Source of the DNA: an uncultured Oscillospiraceae bacterium
Lineage (GTDB): Bacteria; Bacillota; Clostridia; Oscillospirales; Oscillospiraceae
Assembly (NCBI GenBank): GCA_944387775.1
Contig: CALXGE010000001.1
Span: forward strand, 1-62,453
Direction: 5' to 3'
Length of the DNA stretch: 62,453 nt
This document shows positions 19,405 through 29,303 of this stretch, one piece after another. Position numbers and translations under genes: made by a program. Numbering within the stretch: position 1 is the first letter of the stretch; each line of letters begins with the position of its first letter. A model generated the notes under the pieces. It was not told where the DNA came from. It made no database searches and was given only the letters and a program-made list of their open reading frames with translations.

Positions 19405-20604
19405 ATGAAACACGTGATGAACAAATGGCTGGCGTTGGTACTGGCGCTGGCGATGGTGCTGAGTATCTCCGCCTGCGGCGGAAACAGCGCCGGTGAGAAC
19501 GATGCCGCCGGAAACCAGAGCGGCCAGAATACCAGCGACCAGGAGGTCCAGGAAGATACCCAGGAGGAGGCCGATGGCCCTGTCCTGGAGGGACAGATGG
19601 AGCTGGACTACGCGGAGAATTTTACGATTGACCTCTATAGTGACGGCTATCGGATGATCACCATTGAGGGTGCGGCAGCCCCCTACCTGGTGGTACCGGA
19701 GGGAGCGGAGGTTCCCGAGACGTTGGCAGAGGGAGCGGTAGTGCTCCAACTGCCCATAGAGCGTGCCTATGTGGCCAGCACCAGCATGATGTCCCTGCTG
19801 GACGCTATCGGCGGCCTGGACCGGGTAAAGCTGGTGGCTACGGAGCAGGAAAAGTGGTATCTGGAGAACATCGTCAGCCGTATGGAGGCGGGGGATATGG
19901 TGTTCTCCGGGTCCTATGACGAGCCGGACTACGAGCTTATGACCGCCGGGGACATTCAGTTCCACCTGGACAGCGGCATGGTGGACGGCCATCCGGAGGT
20001 GCTGGAGAAATTCGCGGAGCTGGGCATTCCCTCTCTGGTGGAGCGCTCCTCCCAGGAGGGTCACCCCCTGGCCCGTGTGGAGTGGGTGAAGGTGCTGGGT
20101 GTTCTCTTTGATCTGGAGGATGAGGCCCAGCAGTACTTCGAGGAGCAGAAGGCTCTGGTGGAGGGCGCCGCCGGCGCCGACACCGGCAAGACTGCTTCCA
20201 TGGGCTACATCACCTCCACCGGCAAATGCTACTCCCGCAACGGCGGGGATTACATGGCCCAGATGATTGCCCTGGCCGGTGGAGAGTATGTCCTGGCGGA
20301 TATGGAACCGGAGGAGAGCGGCAACACCAATATGACCTTTGAGGATTGGTATGCCCGGAACAAGGACGCGGACTATCTGTTTTATATAAACTTTGCCCTG
20401 GGCTTTAACTCCCTCCAGGAGATGATCGACTATAACCCCCTCTTTGCTGATTTCAAGGCCGTTCAGGAGGGCCATGTCTATGTCACCTCTCCTGATTTCA
20501 CCCAGTCCACAGCGGCTATTGCCTCCATTATCGCCGATATGAATACCATTTTCACCAGCGATGATCCCGAGGTGACCACCGACCACCTGATTCGGCTGTC
20601 CTGA
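19405..20604 (+). CDS. ABC transporter substrate-binding lipoprotein (BtuF/FecB-type)
   Basis: It has a lipoprotein signal MKHVMNKWLALVLALAMVLSISACGG and an aggagga RBS. It sits downstream of the B12 riboswitch and upstream of FecCD/FepC-type partners. Confidence 0.8.
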   Translation: MKHVMNKWLALVLALAMVLSISACGGNSAGENDAAGNQSGQNTSDQEVQEDTQEEADGPVLEGQMELDYAENFTIDLYSDGYRMITIEGAAAPYLVVPEGAEVPETLAEGAVVLQLPIERAYVASTSMMSLLDAIGGLDRVKLVATEQEKWYLENIVSRMEAGDMVFSGSYDEPDYELMTAGDIQFHLDSGMVDGHPEVLEKFAELGIPSLVERSSQEGHPLARVEWVKVLGVLFDLEDEAQQYFEEQKALVEGAAGADTGKTASMGYITSTGKCYSRNGGDYMAQMIALAGGEYVLADMEPEESGNTNMTFEDWYARNKDADYLFYINFALGFNSLQEMIDYNPLFADFKAVQEGHVYVTSPDFTQSTAAIASIIADMNTIFTSDDPEVTTDHLIRLS

Positions 20605-20680
20605 TTTGGCAGTGATTTGTTTTTTACCCCGGGCGGAGGATTTTCTCCGTCCGGGGCCATCCTTTGAAAGGCGGAATCCT

Positions 20681-21790
20681 ATGGAAACCCATGACCTGAT
20701 GCGGTCATCCCGCCGGGAGCGCCTCACTACGGCAGGGCGCTTTCTGGTGACCATGCTTCTGCTGGCCCTCCTCTTTGGATGGGGGCTGGTGCTTAATGTG
20801 AATACAGGCTCTGTGGAGATTCCCGCCGGGGAGGTGTTCCACATGGTCTGGTCAGGGGTGAAAGCCCTGTTCCGGGATCTCTTTACCGGTTCGGATACCC
20901 TCCGGGCCGTGACGGAGGCCTCCTCAGAGAGCAAGATTATTTTCAGTATCCGCATGCCGCGGATGCTGCTGGCAGCCATTCTGGGTGGTGCGCTGTCCGT
21001 GTCCGGCTTCTTGCTCCAGACCTTTTTCCGCAACCCCATTGCCGGGCCCTTTGTGCTGGGAATTTCCTCCGGAGCGAAGATGGTGGTGGGCATCACTACC
21101 ATCCTGCTGACCCCATACCTGGGGACGATCAGCTCCGGGGTGCTGATCTTGTCCGCCTTTGCGGGCTCCCTGCTCATTGTGTCCATGGTGCTGCTCTTCT
21201 CCCAGCGGGTGCAGAATATGTCCATGCTGCTGGTTATCGGCATTATGGTGGGCTACATCTGCAGTGCTGTTACAGATTTCTGCATTACCTTCGCGGATGA
21301 GGAGGATATTGTCAATCTTACCAGCTGGTCCATGGGCAGCTTCTCCGGCGCAAACTGGAGCGGCGTGACTACGGCGGCATGGCTGTGCCTGGGCGGCACG
21401 GTGCTTTCCTGGCTCCTCAGCAAGCCCATTGCCGCCTACGCCCTGGGGGAGGGGTATGCCCAAAGTCTGGGCATCAATGTGAAGGTCTTCCGGGCGGCAC
21501 TGATTATCCTCTCCAGCCTGCTCTCCGCCTGTGTTACCGCCTTTGCGGGCCCCATCTCCTTTGTAGGTATCGCGGTGCCACACATCACCCGCACCATGCT
21601 GAAGACCTCCAGGCCGATACTGGTGATCCCAGCGACCTACCTCTGCGGGGCGGTGTTCTGTATTTTTTGCGATCTCATCGCCCGCACCGCCTTTTCTCCC
21701 ACGGAAATGGCCATCGGCACCGTCACCTCCGCTTTTGGCGCGCCGGTGGTGATCTATATGATGCTTAAGCGCCAGAAGGTCCGGCAGTAA
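20681..21790 (+). CDS. FecCD-family ABC permease (BtuC-like)
   Basis: About 369 aa and polytopic, with ...RNPIAGPFVLGISSGA... and ...GPISFVGIAVPHITR... FecCD signatures. Confidence 0.88.
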   Translation: METHDLMRSSRRERLTTAGRFLVTMLLLALLFGWGLVLNVNTGSVEIPAGEVFHMVWSGVKALFRDLFTGSDTLRAVTEASSESKIIFSIRMPRMLLAAILGGALSVSGFLLQTFFRNPIAGPFVLGISSGAKMVVGITTILLTPYLGTISSGVLILSAFAGSLLIVSMVLLFSQRVQNMSMLLVIGIMVGYICSAVTDFCITFADEEDIVNLTSWSMGSFSGANWSGVTTAAWLCLGGTVLSWLLSKPIAAYALGEGYAQSLGINVKVFRAALIILSSLLSACVTAFAGPISFVGIAVPHITRTMLKTSRPILVIPATYLCGAVFCIFCDLIARTAFSPTEMAIGTVTSAFGAPVVIYMMLKRQKVRQ

Positions 21791-21800
21791 GGAGGACCCC

Positions 21801-22964
21801 ATGATCTATTTCCATACAAAAGATCTATCAGTGGGCTACAATGGCCACGCTTTGATTCATGATATCAATATTGAGGTGGAAAAAGGAAAGATTCTGACCC
21901 TCATTGGCCCCAACGGGGCCGGGAAGTCCACCATTCTCAAATCCATCACCCACCATCTTGCCAAGATCTGCGGACAGGTGTATATTGACCGACAGGAGAT
22001 TTATGCCTGGTCTGCCAGAGAGCTGGCAAAGCAGGTGGCAGTGGTGCTGACGGACCGTATCCACCCGGAGCTCATGACCTGTGAGGAGGTGGTGGCTATG
22101 GGCCGCTACCCTTACACCAATGCGCTGGGGAAGCTGACGCCCCGGGACAAGGAGATTGTGGTCCAGGCCATGGAACGGGTCCACGCCCTTGACCTGGCGC
22201 AGCGGGACTTTACCACCCTCTCCGACGGCCAGCGCCAGCGGATCATGCTGGCCCGGGCCCTCTGCCAGGAGCCGGAGGTGCTGATTCTGGATGAGCCCAC
22301 CGCCTATCTGGACATCCGCCACAAGATCGAGCTGCTGGACATCCTCCGGGAGATGGCCCATGAGAAAGGCATCACCGTCATCATGTCCCTCCATGAGATC
22401 GACCTTGCTACCAAGATTTCCGACTATCTGCTGTGTGTCAAGGGGGACACCATTGAGGCCTTTGGTCCGCCGGAGGATATTCTGGCGGATGGGGCTATTG
22501 ATAAGCTCTACGATATTCAGCATGGCTCTTACAACCTGCTGTTCGGCAGCGTGGAGTTGGCAAAGCCCCAGGGGGAGCCCCAGGTCTTTGTGGTGGGCGG
22601 CGGCGGCGCAGGGATTGCCTGCTACCGGGCTTTGCAGAAGCGGCAGATCCCCTTTGCTGCGGGGATTCTTTTTACCAACGACGTGGACTATCCGGTGGCC
22701 CAGGAACTTAGCGACTATGTGGTCACCGCCCCAGCCTTCGAGCCCATGACCGAGGCCCATTATCAGCAGGCTGCCCAGATACTGCTCCGATGTGACTGTG
22801 TCATCGATGCAGGAACCCCTATCGGTACGCTAAACAGTATGAACGGGAGACTTTTGGACCTGGCACGGGAGAAGGGAATACCACTTTACAGCGGTTGGCA
22901 AGCAATGGAAAATAAAAAAGACAGCCGGGAAAACAGACGGCGTGAGAGAGGAGTAGGACCATGA
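21801..22964 (+). CDS. ABC ATP-binding protein (FepC/BtuD-like) with a C-terminal extension of about 135 aa
   Basis: It has Walker A GPNGAGKST, the signature LSDGQRQR and Walker B LILDEPT within the first 250 aa or so. An extra domain beginning PQVFVVGGGGAGIACYRAL follows. Confidence 0.85.
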   Translation: MIYFHTKDLSVGYNGHALIHDINIEVEKGKILTLIGPNGAGKSTILKSITHHLAKICGQVYIDRQEIYAWSARELAKQVAVVLTDRIHPELMTCEEVVAMGRYPYTNALGKLTPRDKEIVVQAMERVHALDLAQRDFTTLSDGQRQRIMLARALCQEPEVLILDEPTAYLDIRHKIELLDILREMAHEKGITVIMSLHEIDLATKISDYLLCVKGDTIEAFGPPEDILADGAIDKLYDIQHGSYNLLFGSVELAKPQGEPQVFVVGGGGAGIACYRALQKRQIPFAAGILFTNDVDYPVAQELSDYVVTAPAFEPMTEAHYQQAAQILLRCDCVIDAGTPIGTLNSMNGRLLDLAREKGIPLYSGWQAMENKKDSRENRRRERGVGP

Positions 22965-23584
22965 TTGAGATTGTAAAGCCCATGGATATTGAAAAGCGCA
23001 GCTTTGAAATCATCACAGAGCTTCTGGGAGATAACCAGCCCGACCCGGAGACTGCCCCAGTGGTCAAGCGGGTGATCCACACCACGGCGGATTTTGAGTA
23101 CCGGGAGAATCTGGTGTTCTCCGACCATGCGGTGGAGAAAGGCATCGAGGCCCTGCGCGGCGGCTGCCACATCGTCACCGACACCCACATGGCTATGGCC
23201 GGGATCAACAAGACGATTCTGGGTCGGCTGGGGGGCGAGGTCCACTGCTTCATGGCCGATCCTGACGTGGCGGAGGAGGCAAAGGACCGGGGCATCACCC
23301 GGGCAGCCGTGTCCATGGGGCGGGCTGCCGCTCTGGACAAACCCTGCATCTTTGCCATCGGCAACGCTCCCACCGCCCTTATGGCCCTGAAGGATCTGAT
23401 GGACGCTGGAAAGGTCCGGCCCGCTCTGATCATCGGTGTGCCGGTGGGCTTTGTAAATGTAGTGGAAAGCAAGGAGCGGATCATCGGCTGCGACGTGCCT
23501 TACATTGTGGCCCGGGGCCGGAAGGGCGGCAGCAACGTGGCCGCCGCCATCTGCAACGCCCTCCTGTATCAGATCCAGCGGTAA
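22961..23584 (+). CDS. cbiC: Precorrin-8X / cobalt-precorrin-8 methylmutase
   Basis: 207 aa with ...VIHTTADFEY... and ...IFAIGNAPTAL... CbiC/CobH blocks. An ATGA overlap joins it to the ATPase gene. Confidence 0.85.
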   Translation: MIEIVKPMDIEKRSFEIITELLGDNQPDPETAPVVKRVIHTTADFEYRENLVFSDHAVEKGIEALRGGCHIVTDTHMAMAGINKTILGRLGGEVHCFMADPDVAEEAKDRGITRAAVSMGRAAALDKPCIFAIGNAPTALMALKDLMDAGKVRPALIIGVPVGFVNVVESKERIIGCDVPYIVARGRKGGSNVAAAICNALLYQIQR

Positions 23585-23588
23585 CGCC

Positions 23589-24740
23589 ATGGAGGAATAT
23601 GTGGTCCGCCAGGGAAAGCGGCTGCGGTTAGGTTACACCACCGGATCCTGCGCCGCGGCGGCGGCTAAAGCGGCAGCCTGGATGCTGCTGACAGGGCGGG
23701 AGCGACATAAAATTACTCTGACAGTGCCCAAAGGAATCACCCTGGAGCTGGATATCCGGGACATAAACCGAGGGGAGAATTTTGTCTCCTGCGCCGTGGA
23801 GAAGGACAGCGGCGACGACCCGGATGTGACCCGTGGGACTTTAATCTATGCCCGGGTATCCCTATGCCCTCAGGCCGGCATCGCCATCGACGGGGGAGAG
23901 GGCATAGGCAGGGTCACCCGGCGAGGGCTGGACCAGCCTGTGGGAGCGGCGGCCATCAACTCCGTTCCCCGGGAAATGATTCGGGAGAATCTGGAGGAGG
24001 TCTGTCGTCTGACGGACTACGCAGGAGGGCTTTCTGTGATTGTGTCCGCCCCGGAGGGGGAGGCTCTGGCGAGAAAGACCTTTAATCCCCGGCTGGGCAT
24101 TGTGGGTGGTATCTCTATTCTGGGGACCACGGGGATCGTGGAGCCCATGAGTGAGCAGGCATTGATCGACACCATCAAAGTGGAGCTCAGCCAGCGACGG
24201 GCAGAGGGACAGGACTATGTGCTGTTGACTCCCGGCAACTACGGTTCCGATTTCATCCGTCAAACACTGGGCATCGATCCCGGCGCTGCCGTGCAGGTGT
24301 CCAACTTTATTGGCGAATCCCTGGACCTATGCCGGGAGCTGGGCTTCCATGGTGCCCTCTTAATTGGGCATATTGGAAAGCTTACTAAGATTGCCGGCGG
24401 TATGTTGAATACGCACTCCCGGTACGGCGACTGCCGGATGGAGATCCTGGCAGCTCACGCCGGTGCCGCCGGCCTATCGCCGGAGGGAATCCGGGAGGTG
24501 CTGGACTGCGTGGCCTGCGATGACGCCCTGCGCATTCTTCAGGAAACCGGAGTGTATGAGGCAACTCTCTCCCGGCTGTTGGAGCGGATTGGATTCCACC
24601 TGGTCCAGCGAGGTGATGAATTGGAGACAGGAGCTATGATGTTCTCTAAGGAGTACGGTCTGCTGGGGGAGACGGGAAATGCCCGGACCCTCCTGGAGCG
24701 GGCCGTAACAGAATCGGGAAAGGGGAGACGGGATGGATAA
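23589..24740 (+). CDS. cbiD: Cobalt-precorrin-5B (C1)-methyltransferase
   Basis: It has LRLGYTTGSCAAAAAKAA near the N-terminus and ISILGTTGIVEPMS, both typical of CbiD. Confidence 0.85.
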   Translation: MEEYVVRQGKRLRLGYTTGSCAAAAAKAAAWMLLTGRERHKITLTVPKGITLELDIRDINRGENFVSCAVEKDSGDDPDVTRGTLIYARVSLCPQAGIAIDGGEGIGRVTRRGLDQPVGAAAINSVPREMIRENLEEVCRLTDYAGGLSVIVSAPEGEALARKTFNPRLGIVGGISILGTTGIVEPMSEQALIDTIKVELSQRRAEGQDYVLLTPGNYGSDFIRQTLGIDPGAAVQVSNFIGESLDLCRELGFHGALLIGHIGKLTKIAGGMLNTHSRYGDCRMEILAAHAGAAGLSPEGIREVLDCVACDDALRILQETGVYEATLSRLLERIGFHLVQRGDELETGAMMFSKEYGLLGETGNARTLLERAVTESGKGRRDG

Positions 24741-25509
24741 GCTGTGCATATTTGCTGGAACCACTGAGGGGCGGCAGCTGGTGGAGTTTCTCTCTGGGCA
24801 GCCGGTGGCGGTTACCGCTTGTGTGGCCACAGAGTATGGCGAGACCCTGCTCTCCACAGCGGAGAATCTGACTATCTCCGCCCGCCGTCTGGCAGAGGAG
24901 GAGATGGAGGACTTGTTCCGGGCCCAGGGCTTTGCCCTGGTGGTGGATGCCACCCATCCCTACGCTGCCGCCGTAACGGAGAATATTGCCGCCGCTTGCG
25001 CCAAGACCAGCACGCCCTACCTGCGACTGCTTCGGGCGGGGACGGAGGTGCCGGATGGGGCGGTATATGTGCCCGATATCCCCCATGCGGTGGCATATCT
25101 CAATGAGATGGCAGGAAACATACTGCTGACAACTGGCAGTAAAGAACTTTCACTTTACACATGTATTCGTGATTTTTCGAATCGCGTTTACGCCCGCGTA
25201 CTGCCCATGGAGTCATCTCTGGTTGCCTGCCGGGCGGCAGGGCTGCCTCCCAGCCATATTATTGCCATGCAGGGACCCTTTTCCAAAGAGCTGAATATCG
25301 CTCTGCTGCGTTTTACCCAGGCAAGATATTTGGTTACCAAGGAGGATGGTACTCCCGGTGGATTTGCAGACAAGGCCGCTGCCGCCGCGGAGGCGGGAGC
25401 CACGCTGGTGGTCATCGGAAGACCGCCCCAGCGGGAGGGGCTGTCCCTGTCCGACACGACGGCGCTGCTGTGCCGCCGGTTTGGCCTACGCGAAAGCGTC
25501 ATAGAATAA
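24733..25509 (+). CDS. cbiJ: Precorrin-6A / cobalt-precorrin-6A reductase
   Basis: 258 aa with an N-terminal IFAGTTEGR and ...VVDATHPYAA...LLTTGSKEL... CobK/CbiJ blocks. Confidence 0.8.
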   Translation: MDKLCIFAGTTEGRQLVEFLSGQPVAVTACVATEYGETLLSTAENLTISARRLAEEEMEDLFRAQGFALVVDATHPYAAAVTENIAAACAKTSTPYLRLLRAGTEVPDGAVYVPDIPHAVAYLNEMAGNILLTTGSKELSLYTCIRDFSNRVYARVLPMESSLVACRAAGLPPSHIIAMQGPFSKELNIALLRFTQARYLVTKEDGTPGGFADKAAAAAEAGATLVVIGRPPQREGLSLSDTTALLCRRFGLRESVIE

Positions 25510-25524
25510 GAGATACGATCTACA

Positions 25525-25575
25525 AAGAAAGAAACAGGCCCGTGCTCGTTTAAGAGCACGGGCCTGTTTCTTTTT
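25525..25575. terminator. Bidirectional terminator between cbiJ and OTC copy 1
   Basis: A 17-bp perfect stem GAAACAGGCCCGTGCTC/GAGCACGGGCCTGTTTC, flanked by an A-run and a T-run. Confidence 0.75.
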
Positions 25576-25602
25576 ATTGATTTGCGAGAACAGCACGCAG
25601 CC

Positions 25603-26595
25603 TCAGCAGAGGGTGGCGTAGATGACGGCCTTGATGGTGTGCATGCGGTTCTCCGCCTCGTCAAAGACCACGGACTGGCGGGACTCGAAGACCTCGTTGG
25701 TGACCTCCATCTCAGGAATGCCGAACTTTTCTGCGATTTGGGCGCCGATGGTGGTCTTGGTATCATGGAAGGAGGGGAGGCAGTGCATGAAGAGGGCCTC
25801 CGGCTTGGCCTGGCCCATCACATCGGCGTTTACCTGGTACTTGCGCAGCAGGCGGATCCGGGAGTCCCATACCTCGTCGGGCTCGCCCATGGACACCCAG
25901 ATGTCGGTGTAGATCACGTCTGCATTTTTGGCACCCTCCGCCACATCCTCCGTCAGGCGGACGGTGGAGCCGTTTTCCGCGGCAATCTTCTTGGCCTCCT
26001 CCACCAGCCAGGGAGCGGGGAAGAGCTCCTTGGGAGCGCAGGCAGTGAAGTTGATGCCCATCTTGGCGCAGGCCACCATCAGGGAGTTGCCCATATTGTT
26101 GCGGGCGTCGCCCATGAAGGTGAAATTAAGGCCCTTGAGATGGCCAAACTTCTCCTCCATGGTCAGAAGGTCTGCCAGCATCTGGGTGGGATGGAACTGA
26201 TCCGTCAGGCCGTTCCACACGGGTACGCCAGCGTACTTGGCCAACTCCTCCACGATCTGCTGGTCAAAGCCCCGGTACTCGATGCCGTCGTACATCCGGC
26301 CCAGGACCCGGGCGGTGTCGGGGATGCTCTCCTTTTTGCCCATCTGGCTGCTGCCGGGGTCCAGATAGGTGACCCCCAGGCCCAGGTCCATGCCGGCCAC
26401 CTCGAAGGAGCAGCGGGTCCGGGTGGAGGTTTTCTCAAAGAGCAGAACGATGTTCTTTCCCTCTAGATAGCGGTGAGGGACACCGTTGCGCTTCATATTT
26501 TTGAACTGCTTGGACAGGTCCAGCAGATACCGGATCTCCTCCGGTGTGTAGTCCAACAGCTTCAGAAAATGTCTGCCACGAATATTTACGCCCAT
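25603..26595 (-). CDS. argF: Ornithine carbamoyltransferase, copy 1 (stand-alone)
   Basis: 330 aa with [13 protein letters not shown] (carbamoyl-phosphate site) and HCLP motifs. The start is at [11 protein letters not shown], as in copy 2; the 29-codon upstream extension in the ORF track is not shared with copy 2. Confidence 0.9.
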   Translation of the reverse strand: MGVNIRGRHFLKLLDYTPEEIRYLLDLSKQFKNMKRNGVPHRYLEGKNIVLLFEKTSTRTRCSFEVAGMDLGLGVTYLDPGSSQMGKKESIPDTARVLGRMYDGIEYRGFDQQIVEELAKYAGVPVWNGLTDQFHPTQMLADLLTMEEKFGHLKGLNFTFMGDARNNMGNSLMVACAKMGINFTACAPKELFPAPWLVEEAKKIAAENGSTVRLTEDVAEGAKNADVIYTDIWVSMGEPDEVWDSRIRLLRKYQVNADVMGQAKPEALFMHCLPSFHDTKTTIGAQIAEKFGIPEMEVTNEVFESRQSVVFDEAENRMHTIKAVIYATLC

Positions 26596-26707
26596 AATGC
26601 TTTCTCTTTTTCGTGAGTCTTTCGTGAATAGGCTGTCCCCGGAGATATCCAAGAGCTTATCTGAGCAGAATCGCCAATGCACTATAAGGGGACATATTTA
26701 TGCACTC

Positions 26708-26737
26708 ATTATACAACACTTTTTTAAGAAGTGGCAA
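26708..26737 (-). promoter_or_regulatory. Candidate promoter for OTC copy 1
   Basis: The minus strand reads TTGCCA, an 18-nt spacer, then TATAAT. Confidence 0.4.
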
Positions 26738-26869
26738 TAAATTTTTATAAAAATAAAAATGCGAAAGAGATTTGACAAAATAATAAATAAGAAATATTTA
26801 AAACGTAGATTCTGACAATTTTTTATAAGTTTCTGAAGAATGATTTTGTGTAAAATTTATAAAAATTTC

Positions 26870-26898
26870 TTGACAGCAGAAAAAAATTGCAATAAATT
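26870..26898 (+). promoter_or_regulatory. Candidate promoter for the amidohydrolase operon
   Basis: TTGACA, a 17-nt spacer, then TAAATT, within a very AT-rich spacer. Confidence 0.45.
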
Positions 26899-26959
26899 GT
26901 GAGTGTACACATAAAAATGGCGAGTACTGTCGATGATGACTCGTCAAAAAAAGGGGTAG

Positions 26960-28108
26960 ATGGCTATGTTGTTGATACGAGGAGGAAATGTCTACTTGGG
27001 CCATGGCCGTTATGAAGCTGGATGGGATGTTTTATGTGATGGTCCTGTTATCCGCGCGGTAGGTCCGAATCTGATCTGTGAACAGGGAGAGGTAGTTGAG
27101 GCGGCCGGAAGGAATGTCTATCCTGGCATTGTTCTGGGCCTCTGCGCAGTTGGGGCAATGGCCTTCAGCGAGATGGGAGGCTGGGATACAAATGAAACTT
27201 CCAGCCCTTTGGTGCCGCAAATGGACGTTCGGGATTCCTTTGATCTGCGGGAATTGAAGCTGCAGCGGTTTGCGCGGGCGGGTATTACTTCCTACGGCCT
27301 CTCTCCTGGAACCAAAGCGCTGCTGGCTGGACAGGTATCTCTGATTCATACGGATGGTGACCATACAGCGGATGTTTTTCTTGCGGATCGCATTGCTCTG
27401 AAAGGAAATTATACAGCAGCTGTTAAATCCGCATTCAAAGACAAGGGGACACCGCAGACACGTATGGCCATGTATCAGATGTTGGATGAGGCGTTCCGCG
27501 CCGCGCAGGAGTATAGCGGGAAGACAGAGAAAGAATACGATGCGGGCAAGGAGATTCTTTGCCGCGTCCTGCAACGGGAGATTCCTCTGATAATAGCGGC
27601 AAATTCTGCTTTGGAGATCGAAAGTGTTGTGCGCCTGGGCAAAAAATATAGCCTACGGCTGGTTATCAGCGGTGCCTTCGGTGTAGAGAGTATGATAGCG
27701 GACATTATGCAACAAGGGTGGCATGTGATGCTGGGCGCGGGGACGAATATGATGAGTGCCCTAAAGAACCGGACAGATCTGACCAAGTTGGTGGAATGGT
27801 ATCGGCGAGGGCTCAAGCTTTCTATTTCTTGCTCCGGCGATGAGGGATATGTCTACGGATACGAGCAGATCTGGTGGACGGCTACGCAAATGAGTGCCGC
27901 AGGAGCTACAGGTGAGGAGATTATGGATATGATGACCTGTAATGCTGCTAGGGCTCTTGGTGTAGATGCCCTGGTAGGCTCTTTGGAGGCTGGGAAGCAA
28001 GCCGACGTGATCATTTGCTGCGGAAATCCCGCAGTACGCTTTGATAATTATATTGATCAGACTGTCGTTGCCGGAAAGACGACGTTCAGAAGAGGGGAGG
28101 AGGCCTGA
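26960..28108 (+). CDS. Amidohydrolase-fold protein lacking the metal-binding histidines (predicted non-catalytic paralogue)
   Basis: 382 aa and alignable with the next gene. Where that paralogue has PGLVDAHVH, VHCEQ and IEHG, this one has PGIVLGLCA, IAANS and ISGA. Confidence 0.7.
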   Translation: MAMLLIRGGNVYLGHGRYEAGWDVLCDGPVIRAVGPNLICEQGEVVEAAGRNVYPGIVLGLCAVGAMAFSEMGGWDTNETSSPLVPQMDVRDSFDLRELKLQRFARAGITSYGLSPGTKALLAGQVSLIHTDGDHTADVFLADRIALKGNYTAAVKSAFKDKGTPQTRMAMYQMLDEAFRAAQEYSGKTEKEYDAGKEILCRVLQREIPLIIAANSALEIESVVRLGKKYSLRLVISGAFGVESMIADIMQQGWHVMLGAGTNMMSALKNRTDLTKLVEWYRRGLKLSISCSGDEGYVYGYEQIWWTATQMSAAGATGEEIMDMMTCNAARALGVDALVGSLEAGKQADVIICCGNPAVRFDNYIDQTVVAGKTTFRRGEEA

Positions 28109-28111
28109 GCC

Positions 28112-29272
28112 ATGTTGCTGATCAAACATGCGACGCTGTATACGATGGAGAGCGATGCGGCACCGTTTGAAGGAGATATCCTGATCAAAGATGGAAAGAT
28201 TGCGGCGATCGGACAGGATCTCCGGGAGGATAGTGCGAAAATAATTGATGCCTCTGGCATGGTGGCAACGCCGGGACTGGTGGATGCTCATGTACATACC
28301 GGTGGTTTTGCCTCTCCGTCTCCTGATCTCAATGAGATGACAGACCCCATTACAGCAGATTTGGATGCATTTTATGCAATTGATATTCATTCCGATGATT
28401 TTCAGGAGTTGCATACAAGGGGGGTTACAGCGGCCTGCTTTATTCCCGGCAGCGCAAATGTTATATGCGGAACCGGATTTGTGGCAAAAACTGCAGGAGG
28501 AAACACAATTTCTGATTTATCAGTGCTGCACCCGGCCGTCATGAAATGTGCCATGGGAGGAAACCCGAAGGGCTATGGAAAGCGGGGTAAAGCCCCAATG
28601 ACTCGGATGGGCGTTGCCGATTTGTTCCGCAGTGCCCTTCGGAAAGCAAAAGACTACCTGGAAAAGAAAGAGGCGGCAGGGGAGGATAAGGACAAACTTC
28701 CTCCCTATGATGCAAAGTGTGAGGCGCTGATCCCAGTACTCAAAAAGGAAATCCCACTGAAGGTACACTGTGAGCAATTTGATATGCTGACGACAATAGC
28801 AATTGCCAGGGAATTTGACTGCCTTTATACTATTGAGCATGGTTGGGCCTGTAATCTGTATGTCGATGAGCTGGTGGCAGGCGGTGGAAGTGTGTGCTTT
28901 GGCCCCATCGGTATTGCAGAGGGCTATGGAGAGCTTACCGGAGGAGACGTGGCATATGTGAAAGAACTGGATGATCGGGGCCTGAATGTTTGCCTGATCA
29001 CGGACGGACCAATAGCAGGTCCTGAAGCTTTGCTGATCTCTGCCGGTGAGGCGGTACGGTACGGTGTACCGCACATGCGGGCTCTGCGCATGGTTACGAT
29101 CAATGCGGCAAAAGCTCTGCGTGTGGAGGATCGCCTGGGAAGCCTTGCACCTGGAAAAGATGCGGATGTAGTTTTGTGGAACGGGATTCCGGCGTTGGAA
29201 ACCTGTGCAAGGGTACAGTACACGATTATTGATGGAAAAATCGTATATCAGTCTGGAAACATCAATCTATAA
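28112..29272 (+). CDS. Amidohydrolase-superfamily hydrolase (COG1228-like)
   Basis: 386 aa with PGLVDAHVH (HxH), KVHCEQ, IEHG and ITDG motifs, and the C-terminal GSLAPGKDADVVLW typical of this superfamily. Confidence 0.8.
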   Translation: MLLIKHATLYTMESDAAPFEGDILIKDGKIAAIGQDLREDSAKIIDASGMVATPGLVDAHVHTGGFASPSPDLNEMTDPITADLDAFYAIDIHSDDFQELHTRGVTAACFIPGSANVICGTGFVAKTAGGNTISDLSVLHPAVMKCAMGGNPKGYGKRGKAPMTRMGVADLFRSALRKAKDYLEKKEAAGEDKDKLPPYDAKCEALIPVLKKEIPLKVHCEQFDMLTTIAIAREFDCLYTIEHGWACNLYVDELVAGGGSVCFGPIGIAEGYGELTGGDVAYVKELDDRGLNVCLITDGPIAGPEALLISAGEAVRYGVPHMRALRMVTINAAKALRVEDRLGSLAPGKDADVVLWNGIPALETCARVQYTIIDGKIVYQSGNINL

Positions 29273-29303
29273 ACAGTGTAAAAAGGAATAAGAAGGAGAG
29301 AAC

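Noticed and set aside
25582-26466. Duplicated 294-aa and 340-aa ORFs on the plus strand (the second at 43087..44109) that look like a conserved repeated gene.
   Set aside because: They are the antisense frames of the two near-identical OTC genes, so their similarity simply mirrors the OTC duplication.
26596-26682. A 29-codon N-terminal extension of OTC copy 1 ([17 protein letters not shown]...).
   Set aside because: It is not shared with copy 2, has no RBS and runs into the AT-rich promoter region. [10 protein letters not shown] matches the normal OTC N-terminus.
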